Shown piece after piece: positions 1 through 15,000 of a stretch of 64,000 nucleotides of DNA. This stretch comes from Paraspadella gotoi (lineage: Eukaryota; Animalia; Chaetognatha). The stretch's first letter is position 1; every line of letters starts with the position of its first letter. The notes under the pieces are model-generated. The model was not told where the DNA came from and ran no database searches. It saw only the letters and a program-made list of their open reading frames with translations. The stretch covers positions 10,864,338-10,928,337 of the forward strand of contig CM119265.1 of assembly GCA_051294375.1 (NCBI GenBank), written 5' to 3'. The position numbers and the translations under genes were made by a program.

Positions 1-2540
1 ATATTATGACGATTGTCATGGTAAAGTGAATTAGTCCATTTTGGTAAAATTTTTAATGATTGGAATTTTAAGAGTTTTCAACCGGGAGTCAGATTCGGGA
101 AAAATTTTTGTAGCCCAAGTGGCAACAAATAAACAATGTCGAAGAACATGACCTAATAATGTTTCGATAGCAACGGAAACGTTACCTGTATAAAAAAAAA
201 ACAAACTTGACCTAGATCACGCCGCCGTTGCGGGAAAACTTTTGTTATAAATAAAGTTCGATCGTTTTGACCTATATTTCACCACCGTTATTAGACGACA
301 AATAAACGAGTTTTAATTATATAGGAAGCCGCTATAGAAAAAGAAGCCAGTGACTTTTTTCTTATATTTTTATATCGATAGATGTGGAATGACGGGAATA
401 TTGTAAATCTTAAGTTTCGCTTTAATCGGACCTCACATTGTGGAGAAATCTTAGGAAACCCATCAAAATTCCACCCCTTTTTTTCAACATTCTCGGTTTT
501 TAAGATTTTCGCCGATTCTGACTTCCTCTTACAAACTTATAATTCCGTAAGTTAATTTTTTTTTCTTAAACGAGCGAAGGGAATCCACAACTTTCTGTTA
601 TTTTATGATTTCTGGGTAAAAATTATAATAAATTACATTAACATTGGGATATTATGAACGTGTAATATCTTATAAAGCCTGTGAGAGTTAAATAATTAAA
701 AAATCGCTTATTATTATTAATAAAAAATAACATCAAAGTGAAGAAGTTGAATGGCTTTGGGCTCCTTTCAGTAAACATCCCTGTTCTCTCAATAAGATAA
801 TGTTTACTTTTTGCTGGTGGAAAAGAAGGATAAATACTTAGGCTGTGATGGGGTGAATAATATTTTGTAGAATTTTGTAGCATGCTTGTAAAATCAGACA
901 AGCAAATATTTAAATGACAAAAAATTCACATTTTCTTTATCCAAAAAACTTTAAAGTTTTACTAGAGTACAATTTAGCTTTTTTTCTTTCAGAATCATTA
1001 AAGAGAATTAAATTTTTCATTTATTCTTATGGGGTGTCATTAGTTTTAAAATTCATTATAATTTTTACTTAGTTTGACACTCACCCTGTATGGAGGTTTC
1101 AGCATAAGTAATTCTAAAATTGTATCTTGTATGTGCCCTATGCTTATGGCTTCATTTGGTACTATTGCCATCTCTTTATCTTTATTCCTTCAAAAGATAT
1201 TAGGAAAAATCAGTTTTTTTCTCAACCTTCCTTTTAATTTCTTTTTAAATAAAAATTTCGCGATTCAAACCGGACTATTTCATTTAAACCTGATCATTTT
1301 ATGTCAAAATCATTATAAAATGAAAGAAAAAATAGGACAAGCTCTTCAGACACAAAGCAATCAGAATCGCGAAATTCGAAGTCACTCATGTAACAGGAAC
1401 ATATAGCAATCCGGTTTGCAATTTTAAGTTTGTAAACTTTCCCTTTCATTTCTATAGTAAAAAATTAGGTTTGAAAATTCTCCGGAGATGAGTAGTGGCA
1501 TTTTCCTGGCTTGTTTGATATTAAATCCTTTATCAAATGCCATAAAACGAATAGGACAAGCTCTTCAGATGTAACGCTCTCGGATCGTGCGTTTTTAACG
1601 AATTTCTGGCAAACGCGTTTGCAATTTGGGTAGTCAGATTTGAACGGAATTCTCTATTAGAAAAATGTTGAATTTTTTTTAAGCGAGATTCTCGTCTAAA
1701 TTATATGTCGCTCTCTCTCTCTTTTCTTCTGAATAGCCGGCCTCTCAATAGGGTAAATCAAAAATTTAGAATAAAAACTTGCTCAAACAAAAATTTATAT
1801 ATTTTAAGTATATTTTTAAGTATACTTTCAATGTACAAAACATTTCTTATATGGGTCTATACCCTATTTTTTAATATTTATTTATAGAAAGGAAAGGAGT
1901 TTGACCCTATTCAGATTCGTCTAAAAACGAGTTCAGCTCTGAAGCAGGTGTCCAGCGGCTGTCCAGCTTTTCTCTCTCTCTGTTTTTCTCTGTACGATCT
2001 TTTGCGTGATCGTGCATTTTTTATCATCAATGAATGATTATTATCCGATCAATGAAGGATTATCATCGCATCAATGAATGATTATCATCGTCTTCAATGA
2101 ATGATTATCATCATATCCATCATTTGGTTATCATCGCATCAATATTTGGTTATTATGCATCAATTATTTGGTTATCATAGCAATCATTGATCATGGCATC
2201 AATATTTGGTTATCATTTATAATATTGATTCATCGCATCAATAATCTATTTCTATTAAATCAATAAATTATTATTATATCAATAATTTCGTTATCGCATC
2301 AATCATTCGTTTTTTTTCCTAGATTTTTTTATTAATTTTTTTTGATAGCTGGCTGGCGAGATCTTATACTTTAAGATTTTTAATCCATTTAATTTTGTTT
2401 TCCTTCTAACGTCGAGTCTCACTTTGCGCAATAATATACATTTTTTTTGTTCAGTAATACAAATTTTATAATTTTATAATAAATAATAATTGTTTAATTT
2501 TTTTTTAATTGCTATTTTTATGTTTGAGGTAGAAAATGAA

Positions 2541-2690
2541 TTGTTTGTTTACGTACGAGTTTTAGAAAGAAACAAATTTCGGACATGTTTCAGCTTCAAT
2601 TCGTTTTTGGGCTGATGGAGGTTTATATTGAAGCCGAAACATATGTATCTGAAATTTGTTTCTTTATATAACTCGTACGTAAACAAACAA
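2541..2690. repeat. Foldback of two inverted PLE-type pseudo-LTR ends with a hammerhead-like core
   Basis: Inverted arms of ~60 bp (ttgtttgtttacgtacgagtt.../...aactcgtacgtaaacaaacaa); CUGAUGG-A-GGUUU..AAGCC-GAAA-CAUAUG at 2612-2645. Confidence 0.6.
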
Positions 2691-4181
2691 AGAAAAAAAC
2701 ACACTTTTTGTGTTATGTTTTTTAAACCATGTTCCCTGCTCCCTCTAAATATTTTGTTTCATAACAAGTTAGGAGTGTTGTCGATTACAACTAAAATTCC
2801 GTGTTAAAATATAAACGCTTGGCCTTGGGTTTGCGACGCAGACAAATTACTGAGGGAGCGGAATGTTTTCAATGAGTCCAAAAATGAACGTCAGCGTTAA
2901 AATTTAAATCTTGGCAGCCGACGATCGTTGAATTTTTGCTTACAACTTAAACCAACCATCCTTGCGTTGAATCCCCAAATAACTCGATACAATATGCATC
3001 TCTTATTAACAATGACCGAAGGCGAGGAAATTAGCCTGAAAGTTTTTAAATCGGATGAAACTGGCTTGATGGGTTTTATCAAACTTCATTACAAACGAAT
3101 AAGAGTCAACCCCGACTCTTGAAAACTGGCTTTTTCGTAACACATACTGCACGAAACTGATTGTATGGCGTTTACTGACGTACATCTTCATATTAGGGGT
3201 AATTTGCTTATCCACCCCTCGCCCAAAAAATATAAGATCGCCATCGTGTTTGGGTTTTTTCTCTTTCTTTTATGTCGACCATAGATGAGGGGAATTACGG
3301 AGCCACGACGCGATTCACTCGAGTGCGTCTGGTCAAAATAAGAGACGTTTACGTCAATCGCCTGGGCGAGCGGGATTCTTTTTGAAGTTGCAAATGCCTT
3401 TTTACGGCCTCGGGCCTTAACTGAAGTCTTCTCGACTAGTGTTTTTCTGTCTGTCTCTCTCTCTCAAAAATAAATGAGAAAATTGAAAAGTACAGCAGAA
3501 AAATATATTAAATCGTAAAATATAATTCATTAAAAAATAAATTTAATCATGCATTCAAGTATAATGAACAGTCTTACTGACACAAAAAAAAGAACAATTT
3601 ATATAACATCGTAATTCTGGTTCTTCTCAGAGAGCCGGCTCTGGAAAAAAAGAATATAAAAACAAAGTAGTATTTTATCTGTTTCGGTAACGGGTGCTAA
3701 AAAACTAAAATTAAAGAGCTCGCCCGCATCTTCGGATGCATCAGGAAAATAAAATATCCAAGACGTTTAAATGTATAATGTTAAATTATCCTATCGAGTA
3801 AAAACAAGCCTCCGACGATTTTAGCAACGAAAATAAAAAACATGCTCATTAGAAACAACTCAAAAGACAACAGTATTCAATTTAAAAGACAACTCAATCC
3901 AAGGCATGTAATCGTAAAAACACCAGGGCAAGATAAACAAATGGCACCAAAATTTCAAAGTCGGGGGAGGGAGGGAAAACGAAATAAAAGCCAGAAAAAT
4001 GGATACGAGTAATAATTTATAGACTTTGGTATGTTCATTTTTCGTTTTAATAGATGCTGATTTCGTCAGTAGTCTTGAAGTTGTTGTGGCTTGTGGCTGC
4101 TTTATAAGTTTCTATTCTTGACGGGATCCAACGTGCTTGCTGCTGCTGCTGCTCCTGCTTCACCTCACCCCCTCCTCCTCC

Positions 4182-5990
4182 TCACCCCTCCTCGGACTCG
4201 GAGCGCAGATTCTGTCTGCTCGTGATTTGTCGCCGAAGCGCGTTTCCCATCGAAGCGGGAAAAAGAGGGACGGCGCCGGCGATGTGGGCGGGGTGTTGGG
4301 GGTGGTGGTGCTGAGTGGTTTGGAGGGCAGCGGCGGCTGATCGGAGGACGACAACGGGCGGATGGGCGTTGCGCGGCGTCGGCGGCGGAAGCGAATCCGG
4401 AGGACAGAGGCGACCGTTGTGTTTGGTAAGAAGAAGACCCGCCACCCAACGGAAATAAACGTCAGCATCGGGGAAGATGAGGCTGCGTCCGATGAAGGGG
4501 GTGTCCTTGGAGATGACGAGCGGGTCGCCGCTGGAATTGAGTGGAGAATGGGAAGGGAGACAATAGGTCGCGGTTTGGAAAGAAGACAACGATGACTAAA
4601 CAAAAGACGTTCGGATCTTCCAAAAAGTCACCTGCTGACGAAAGTTATTCCCAAAGGCGGTCCGGTCGCCCCCTTCTCCCGCTTCAACCCGCGAAGTCGA
4701 GGCTTTTCGACTCCGAGATAAACGTTGACGTCTTCGATTCGCCACCGGCCTGAGGAGTCACAACAATGTTGCCATTGAAAAGGAGTGATTCATTGTTTAA
4801 TTTCGTCAATCTTAACTCTCTCTCTCCGCTCACCCATTTCCTTTTTGTTCTTTCCAGCGTAAAAGAGGATCTGCGCCTGAAGAAACTCGACGGTCATTTT
4901 CTTCCACGCAGCCTTCTCGCTGACCTGTAGCTCTGACAGCAAGCAGCCGGACGGCAGCGTCTGCAGCAGAGCTCGGCTTTTCAAGTCCTGGGAAAACAAA
5001 GAAAAATATGATCACAATACATGATTAAATAAATAAATTTCATCTTTCGTAACGAGTAATGAAATTAACACTAATTTACTACTATATGTAAATGAGATTG
5101 ATGAAATAAATTTAATTTTATATATACTAAAAATCTTAAAAGCATAAGGATCGTCGCAATCGCATGAGAAAAATCTGGATTGACGACAAATTTTGATACT
5201 AAAAGAAATAAAATTTAAGAAAAGAAAATTAATTTATAAGCAGAAAGAAAAATTATATTTTATAAATTAAAGTTAGTTTCTGAAAAAAAAAGAAAAAAAA
5301 ATTTTTATTGTCAAAAAATAAATGAGCAGACGCAACCCCTGAAAAAAAAAACGAAATAAAAACCCGATGTTGCGATAGCAAAATGATAACACAAATGCGA
5401 TGCCTAATTTTACGAGTTCAATTCTATTTTAATTTTTTTTAAATAAAAACGCAAAAAGAAAAAATCTTAAAAGCATAAGGATCGTCGCAATCGTATAAAA
5501 AATATTTGGATTGACAACAAATTTTGATACTAAAGAAGAAAAAAAAAAAATATAAAAACAGTAAAATAATATGGTGGACTAAAATCCACCAACCGTTCAT
5601 CAGCGGCCATTGGTGCGGAGGCAAGTCATTCGCCTCCCAACCCAAAGGTCCGGGGTTCTAGCCGGTGGTCGTTTGGCAGTTAAGAGGGACGGGGCGCTTA
5701 ACCCGCCTGTAACATGGTGTTACAGCCTGATCCGAAGCTCAGGGACTGCTTATATTGAACGGTTCTGTCACTAACAAAATAACAATTATTACTGTCTCTT
5801 CAATAACTAATTTTCGAGTTTATTTTTAGCAAGTGCTAAGTCTGGATGGAGAAACATTATTGAAAGTACTTTTGTTTTACTTTTAGTTTGATCGAATGCG
5901 ACCTCTCTAAACCCTGTCAGCATTCCCAGACAAAAGACAAAGTAAAACTTAAATCAGACTGACAAAGTGAAGTAAAGACTAAAGTGAAGT

Positions 5991-6035
<45 letters not shown>

Positions 6036-9000
6036 AAATCGTTTTTAGACGAATCAGCAGAGGCACCCAGAAAAAAAGAAAAATCAAAAGGAAGCAGCAG
6101 AAGAAAAGAGAGAAAAAGAATAAGCCCCTGCAGAGCCAGCTGCAGACTCAGAAGGCAGCAGCAGAAGCAGCAGGAAAAAATAGAAAAAGAAAGAGCCCCT
6201 GCAGAGCCAGCTACAGATTCGTTTTTTTAGTCGGGTCTGCTTATCAGCAGATCCCGACTCTATAATTCACTTTGTCGGTCCGTCCCCTCAATATTGTCGG
6301 GCTCTAACTTATATCATGTAAGAACATCGAATTATGATAAATTATGCCCATCCGTCCGTCGTTCGTCTAGCCTAGCAAAAAACACAATTTACTCGTGATG
6401 GATGGATGGATTGGAATGAAATTTTGTGCTGGGTAGGGAAGTGTGTGATTGAGCTGTATATGAAGTTTTGAGAATTGTCGAGTGAAATTGTTTAAATGGA
6501 AAAATAAAATAAATTTAACATATTTGAACACCAATTACTAAGAGTGGATGGGACGATTGACTTGATGTTGTATTTCGTAGAAAGTGTGTGATTGAGCTGG
6601 AAATCAAATTTGATGGAATCGTTTGAGTGGAAATGAGTTTAAATGGAAAAAACAGAAAACTGTTTCACTATTGATTATGCTTCTTTTTCCTTTATATTAA
6701 ATGTATATGGATGTATTAATAAATCAAATAATTAATCAGTTTAATATAGTCAATTATTAATCATAATTAATTAATCAGTCAATCAATCCGTCCATCTTAG
6801 CAAAAGCTCCAATAACTCGTGATTGCTGGTTGGATTGGAATGAATTTGTTTTGTGGGTAGGACAGTGTGAGATGAAGCTGATTATAAGTTTCGATGGAAT
6901 CGTGCGAGTGAATGAGTTTAATGGAAAAAACATAAGTTGCTTTACTAAAACTTTTTATTATTTAACCAATAAATATCTATTTTAATCTTAATTGGATGAA
7001 TAAGATTTAGTTGAAATTTTGTGTGGGGAAGAAAGTTGTGTGACGAAGACTTGATACAAAGTTTTGGTGGAAACGTACAAGTGGAAATGGTTTAAAATAA
7101 AAAAAATATGAGTCACATTTACTTGAATTTTTTGTTTTCACGATCTTGTTAGTCCTGCAATTACTTATTTTAACCCAATAATTACTCGAATTAAATCATA
7201 ATTGAATGATAGTTTAAAGGAAAGTGTTGTGAAGAACTAGATATAAAGTTTTGCGGAATTGTGCCTGTGGAAATGAGTTTAAATGGAAAACACATAATCA
7301 TATTTTCTTGCTCTTTTTATTTATGTATATAATAATGTTTAATTAATTAATTAATTATTTGAAAAATTATGCAGTTGAAATAATTGAAGAAGTTATGCAG
7401 TTAGAAATTATGCAAGTTGAGAAATTATGCAAGTTGAAAAACTTTGCAAGTTGATAAAATTATGAAAGTTGAAAATGATGCAAGTCGAAAAATGATGCAG
7501 TTAAAAGTGATGCATGTAAATGTTTAAATTTGAATAAATGATGAGTTGAAAAATTATGTGCGTGAAAAAAATGATGCGAGTTAAAAAAAAATATAAAAAA
7601 ATATTGTGATTTATCATCTGATTAGTAGATTACCGCTTAATTATTGTAGGCAGATCCGACATTGTTTGCTCAAACTTGTTTTCCCAATGAATCAGCACTG
7701 GGGAAAAGAGAGAGAGAGAGCTACATATATTTAAAAGAGAAAAGAGAGAGAGAAGGAAACAAAAAAAGAGAGAAAATTTGTTTGCTTTGATAAAACGTAA
7801 ACAAAATATATCTAATAACTGTCCTGACTCAATTTTAAGCACATCGATGAAATTTAATCATAAAAAAGGCGATCTATAATTTGGAACGCCAACGACGACG
7901 ACAACGACGGCGACAACGCCACTTATGAGCAAAACCACAGCAATATCGCAAACGCAAAGCGATTGCGACGATAAAAAGGCGATCTATAATTTGGAACGCC
8001 GACGACAACGACGACGACGATGACAACGATGGGCCACTTATGGGCAAAAGCGTTACAATATAGTCGCAAACGCTAAGCGATTGTGACGATAAAAACTATC
8101 TGCTACAATTACAAAAGCAGGTAAAAAACACCCCCCAAAGTCCACCTGCAAGATGTAATTCTTCTTCAAGACGAGCGCCGACTTTTCACCCGGCGTCTCG
8201 GCGTATGGCGGGACGTTCCACTTCCCCCAGGCGGAGACGAGAGCGAAGACGTCTTCGTCGAAGTGGACGAGCCGTTCCAGCTGAGAGTTGGCGACCGTCT
8301 CGAAGGCGGCGAAGGCAGCAACGTCAGAATTGGGGGCGTTGGCGAGGTGAAGGGCGTCGTGGGTGACTTCGCGAGCGGTCATGCCGGGGAAGAGGTGGAC
8401 CTGGTGATAGGATAGAGAGTGAGACGAATCATTCTTTGTCTCTGTCTCCATCTCTCTCTCTGTATACCTGAAAAGATCGCATCTCCGATCGTCCGTCGCC
8501 CAACGAAGTTTCGACCAAAACCGAAAACAAAAAGCCTCCGTTGTCGCCGCCAGTCGGAGCCTTAAGCGCGCTGGAGAAAAAAAAGCAAAATCGACAGGGT
8601 AGTGCGGAGTAATTCGGAACACTTTTGGAAGTAATCAATTTTTTTTTTAATTTCTGGTGATATATCTAGGAAAGTGTCCCCGCTACAGGTTGATGCATCA
8701 CGCATAAAACGGGGTATATTTTTTTGTCAATCGAGTAAACAAAAAAATTTCGGAATCTTCTTTACCGTTTTTTTAAATTTCAGATTTAAAAAAAAAAATT
8801 CTTATTCCTTAATTTTTTTCCTAACTTTTTTATAAATTTTTTTTTCAAACAATTAATTTCAAACTATTGCATAAAAAGTTTTTATTAAAAAATTTATACA
8901 AAATATCGAGATTGGTTTATTTTATTAAACATTGCATTCGAAATTCAAAACATTTCTATGGTAAGAAAAAGTAAGAAGGATAAAGCAGATGAGTAGGGTA

Positions 9001-12000
9001 AAAATCAGAGGGAGAGACAGTGAGAGAGAGAGAGAAAAGAAGAGAGACTCTCAAAAACTTCTCAAAGCAAACGTCTTGATAAGGTATAGTTGCCGCTGTA
9101 AAACCATTGTCAGCAGAATATTGAAGTCCAGTATCAATAGAATCTATAATTTATGATAAAAAGACAGAATTTATCAAAAAGGAAAGTAAAAACAACTAAA
9201 TTCGTTCAAGGATTTTCAAGAAGACTGTTCTCACCCTCGGGTAAAACGGAACACGTTATTATTACTGAGTAAATTATCACTAACACATTATAAAAAGCAT
9301 ATGAGGGAACACAGAACACTTACTTTACAGGTGTTCCGTTTTACCCCGATTTAATTGTAGCTATGTAAAAAATAATTGAATTATTTTTTTGAAATAATTT
9401 ATACAATAACTATTAGCATTATCTATTAATAACTATTATTATTAACTAAAAATTAGTAGTTTCGTCTATCAGATATTAATATTACATAGTCATATTATGT
9501 CAAATATGACTCAAAAACGAAATTTGACTAGCAGCTTTGAAATTGCTGCTGCAGCTGCTGCAATATCACCAGAATGCTGTAACTGTAATAATGGAAAGTC
9601 AAGTTGGTGAAATATTAAATGAACAAAAATATTATAAAATATCTATACACAATTTATTTTATTTCATTTTATATGTCAGTGTTCCGAATTTGAATTCCTT
9701 TATAGATATTTAATACTATATCGGTCCGCCTCGCCACGAAAATGCCCTTTTGTTCGCGGTAGTCGATAGATCGCGCCTTTATCAGAGTAAGAAAAACGAA
9801 CAAAATAACATTGTAAGATAACAAGTTTGAGCAAACAATGTCGGATCTGCCCACAATAATTATCGATAATTAATTAATGAATAATTAATTAATAATTAAT
9901 TCAAGTTAATTATTTAATTAGTAATTAATTTATTATTATTATTTATTAAGTTAATTATTTAGGCAATTAATTAATTAATTTGATCGAAATGTTTGTTTTG
10001 ATTAATTGACTGATTAATTAATTATTGATTAATTGACTAATTAACTGATTAATTATTGATTAATTAATACATCTTGAATTGTTAAGTGTCATCTCATGCA
10101 CCGAGTAGTTTGATAAAGAAAAACATGATTTGGGAAACAGTGCTAATTTTATTTAGACCATGCATTCAAACCATTTAGCTGGTTCATTATTCAAGACCAG
10201 AGAAATTGTGGTGAGGTAAAAAAAAAATTATTTTTACAAATAAGAGAAGGTGAGGAGGAAGAGGAGGAGACTCAGAGAGAGAGAAAGAGAGAGAGGAACT
10301 TTCAACCAAAAAGGGATTAATCCCAAACAAAAAAAGCCGTCGCCAAAAAGGGACGCGGAATCCATAGCTTTCGTTGCTCTTGCTCTCCTAAGGCTCGATA
10401 CATTGGAGAAAACCTGTCGTAGTTTTGAAACTCGAACGGCAGAACACAAAAGAGCAGCCGAGTCAGGTAATTGGCGTCATTCCGGCTTGACACAACATCG
10501 AGAGCATTGCGATGCCCCTTTCATCTGAGAACCTGAATTCACTCTCTCAGCCACGAATCAAAAACCAAAGAATGCTCAAGCACCATCTAAGAGTGGAAGA
10601 AGCTCTTTGGATTCGTCATTTTGATTGTGGACCAGGCAAGGGCTCAACGAAGACAAAGGAGCATACGTGAAAACAGATGCATGGAAGCCAATCTGGACCA
10701 CCTTCATCGGACGAAGACAAGGGGGGAGGGGGATGAGGGATTAATCCCTTTTGGTTGAAAGTTCTCTCTCTCTGAGTCTCTCCTCTTCCTCTCACTTCTC
10801 TTATTTATAAATAATTTTTTTTTTACTCACCACAATTTCTCTGGCCTTGAAAATGAACCAGCTAAATGGTTTGAATGCATGGTCTAAATAAAATTAGCAC
10901 TGTTTCCAAATCGATGTTTTTCTTTATTAATACATCTTGTATATTACATTTAAATAAAAGAAAAAAACTTAAAAGCATAAGGATCGTCGCAATTGCATAA
11001 GAAAAATCTGGATTGACGACAAATTTTGATACTAAAAAAAATCAAATTTGAAAAAAAAAAAAAATTTATAAACAAAGAAAAAGAAGAAAAGAAATAAATA
11101 AAGAATAGAAAGGAAAGAAAGAAAGAAAAAAAAGAATATAAGGAAGAAAGAATAGAAAGGAAAGAAAAAATAGAAAGGAAAGAAAGAATAGAAAGGAAAG
11201 AAAGGAAAGAAAGGAAAGGAAAGAAAGAATAGAAAGGAAAGAAAGAATAGAAAGGGGAAAAAAAGAAAATTAGTTTATAAACAGAAATAAAAATTCTATT
11301 TTGCGATTGTCAATTTACAATTACAGTTTCTGAAAAAAAAAAGAAAAAAAAACAAAAAAAAACTTTTTCATTGTCAAAAGAATAAATATAAACAGTAAAA
11401 TAACTTATTTTCGAGTTTATTTTTTAGCAAGTGCTAAGACTGGAGTAACATTTTTGAAGGTACTTTTGTTTTACTAAAGTGAAATAAAAACCCGATGTTA
11501 ACTAAGCAAAATGATAACATGCACGAATGCGATGCTAATTTTACGAGTTCAATCCCAATTCAAATTTTTTTGTTTTAATAAAAACACAGAGAGAGAGAGA
11601 GAGAGAAAAATCAAATGGCAGCAGCAGCAGGAGAAAAGAGAGAAAAAGAGAGAGCCCCTGCAGAGCCAGCTGCAGACTCAAAAGGCAGCAGCAAAAGCAT
11701 CAGGAGAAAATAGAGAAAAAAGAATAAGCCCTGCAGAGCCAGCTGCTGACTCGTTGTTTTCCCTAATGATTAAGAATCAGTGAATAGGGAAAAGAGAGAG
11801 GGAGAGAGACATGTAATTAAAGAAAAAGAGAGAGAGAAAAAGAAATATGAAAATAAAGAGAAAATTGTTTTGTTTTGAATAAACATAAACAAAACATATT
11901 TTAATAACTGTCCAGAATCAATTTTAAGCACATCGATGATGAGAAGCGTATATAAATTTCAGCTTCATAAACTCAAAATTTAATCATAAAAAAGGCGATC

Positions 12001-15000
12001 TATAATTTGGAACGACGACGACGACGCCTACGCCACTTATGCGCAAGTGTTACAATATCGTCGCAAAACGCTTAGCGATTGCGACGATAAAAAAAAGCAT
12101 AATCAATTAGTGAAATAGGTTCTTTTTTTTTCCATTTAAACTCATTTCACTCAACGAAATTCCATCGAAACTAAATTTCGCTTAATCACACACTTTTTCT
12201 ACCCAAATACAAAATTTAAAGTAATCGCCACTCCACTCATGAGTAATTGGTGTTCAAATAGTGAAATATATTTTTTTTGTTTTTTCCAAGCGACGTCGAA
12301 CGGCGTGAAAAAACTGGCCTGGAGAGGTCTACGGTCCTCCATAGCTGGAGAACGAAGGGGGGCCAGGCGGTCAGTATCTTTGACCTCTAGGCGCGGAAGA
12401 AGACTCGTCGGATCAAAGAAGGCCGGCAACGCAGCAGCGAAGGATGCCATTCGGCGGTGAAAGAGAACGGGAGATGAGGTCCAAGATCAAAAAGGGCGCT
12501 CCCTCCGTCCTCCATCGGAATGAGGATGATCTTGGGGAAGAAGCCCAGCGACACCGAGACTCCCTTGAAGGCGTTGTTAAACGACGCCGCCACAAACGCC
12601 ACGTCGACCAACGGCGTAAGTCTCCAAAGGAAGGAGACTAGTCGGGACCTCCACGCCCAGAAAGGCGTGATCCTGAAAGGCTTTGGAGGAAGGGAGACGC
12701 CCTTCCGACGAACGTCGTCCAAAAGGTCGAAAAAGAGTGGGCCTCCGACGGGTAAATCCCGAGAGGAGCCCCGGTGTAGAGAAGTCCGAGAACCCGAAAA
12801 CCGTGGGCGGAGCTAAGACGTGAACGCGATGACGGCGTTACGATGCAAAAGCCGGGGCGAGTCCCGGCTTAATTCCCTGTCTAAGGACGCGGTCGGACAT
12901 CTTAGAACACTAGCGCTTGAAGGACCGCTTGGGGAGGAAGCGAGAGCGCTTGTTGGCAGCGGATATGACATTGGGGGTTGAAACAGCCGCGTCGAAAAGG
13001 GGCGTCGAAGCCACCTGCACGTCCTGATGGCGGATCTTGCCAACGGAGTGGCTGAAGGACGCCACTAGAAAAAGAGCCACGTTGCAGAGCGGGGGCGGCG
13101 AGGATGTCAACGCTGGTTGGAGACATCAATTGAAAAGCACCGATGCCACCGGCGTACAATGTTATATTTTGAAAAAGGGCCTCCAGGTTAACGCCCTGCT
13201 CCTTCCTCCGTCCGCCTATCTCGTATACGGCGCCTCCTGAAAGCCGGGGCGCCGCTGTGAGTCTCCGACGTCGGATCTCGCCGACAGAGCGGTCGAGGGA
13301 CTTTGCTAGAACCGCCGTGTCGTGGAGAGAGGCGGCAAGGACGTCAACGCTAAAGACATCGTCCCTGGACGAGCTGTAGCGGAGAGCATCCGTGATCTCA
13401 CGCAGCTCGTCAGAGACCATGAAGGCGTTAACGGCCGCAGCGTCATCATAAAGGAATTAAAAATTCTCATATCGGTCCGCCTCGCCACGAAATGCCCCTT
13501 GCAAAGAGGCGGAGGGAAACATGAACTTTTAAAAATAATTTTAGATTGAAAACGAAAAATAAGAATTTTCAAAATAACCGGAAAAATTTGAAAAAAAGAA
13601 AGGAGAAACAAAAAGAGGGAGGCGAGGCGTTCAAAAGAACGAGCCCAATTGGTAACAACTCCCCGCTAGAGAGCGTCGAGACGCTGGAAAGACTCGCGTA
13701 GAACTAGAAACTCTCGAAATTAATGACGAGATCATCGTCGTGTGGACAGACTCCAGTCCTCTGTCCCGACCAGCTGCCACTTGGCCCGACAGCGGTGTAA
13801 GCAGCTGACGCGGGCGAAACCCCCACCGCTCGGCCGGGCAATGGAACTGTCGGTTAGTACGGGCTGAGCCCCCAAAACTGATGGAATCGGGCTGCCGAAA
13901 ACCGCGTAAGAGGGGGAAGAAGGCGGCGCTGGTGGGGGTGGTGGCGTCGGGGGCGAGACCGCTCAGGTCCTACTGGGCCTGCTCAAGCCCTCCCGAGGGA
14001 TCTCCATTCCCTCTCTACGACCCAGAGACTTGTCCGAACGTGTACAGTAGTCGGGCCCCCTGCCCGAAAGTTCGTCTCTGTTATCGATATCGATAAAAAA
14101 TATAATGAGCGGATTTCGGTCATAGAAACCGTGAAAAATACTCGAGAAATTCACAAAAAAGGTGTGAAAAACTCGAGAAAACGTGAAAAAACGCGAAATC
14201 TAATCAGTGAGAACCGAACTCGATGAGCGCGAAAAAAGATTGAGGACTTCCAAGCCCGAATGAGGGAGAAGGAGCCTAAGGAGGATTTGCCGGGCTTCAA
14301 TGGTCAATGCCGGTCACGCGACGGCATCCCTTATTTTTCTCTTTTTATCTTATAATGTTATTATCGAGCCTACCGGCGAAGCCGGTTCAGGCTCGATACT
14401 GATTCGGGTGAGCTTCTTTGTGATGCCATCGTCGGCGTTAATTTTGTTATTTTATTTTTTATTTTTTTTATTTTATTTTTTTAGTGTAAAAGACTGGAAA
14501 ACTAAACTGTGTAGTGAAATTCAATAAAAACAAAAGACACTAACGTTTAAAAGACTGGAAAATAATTAAAAACTAAACTACATATTGAAATTCAATAAAA
14601 ACAAAAGACACTAATGTTTAAAATCATTAATAAAAATCATTAATAGATGTTATGAACTAATTCATAAAAAACTATAAAAAATAACGTTCAAGAACGTTCA
14701 AGGATCAAATGTAAAAATCATAAAACCGGAAAAACTAAAAAACGAAAAATGTCAGATGTCAAGAGAAGCAATAGTTTTTATTTTAAATTTATAATTTTTT
14801 ATTTTTTGATAATGCGTAAAAATAAAAACAAAAAATATAACAAAGACAAAAACAAAAAAATATAAAGCATAAACGAAAAACAATGTTAATAAAACGTTCA
14901 AAGATAATGCGTAAAAACAAAAACAAAAAATATGAAAACAAGAACAAAAACAAAAAATATAAAGCATTAATGAAAAACATGAGACCAAAAAATAAACTAA

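Noticed and set aside
2800-3460. Moderately GC-rich segment with short ORFs
   Set aside because: Interrupted by stops with no recognisable motif; possibly a decayed TE, but it cannot be assigned.
4640-4680. Programmed frameshift or pseudogenisation near the ARAP C-terminus
   Set aside because: The apparent frame break sits at short G-runs and an ambiguous short intron; assembly error or mis-called splicing is more likely.
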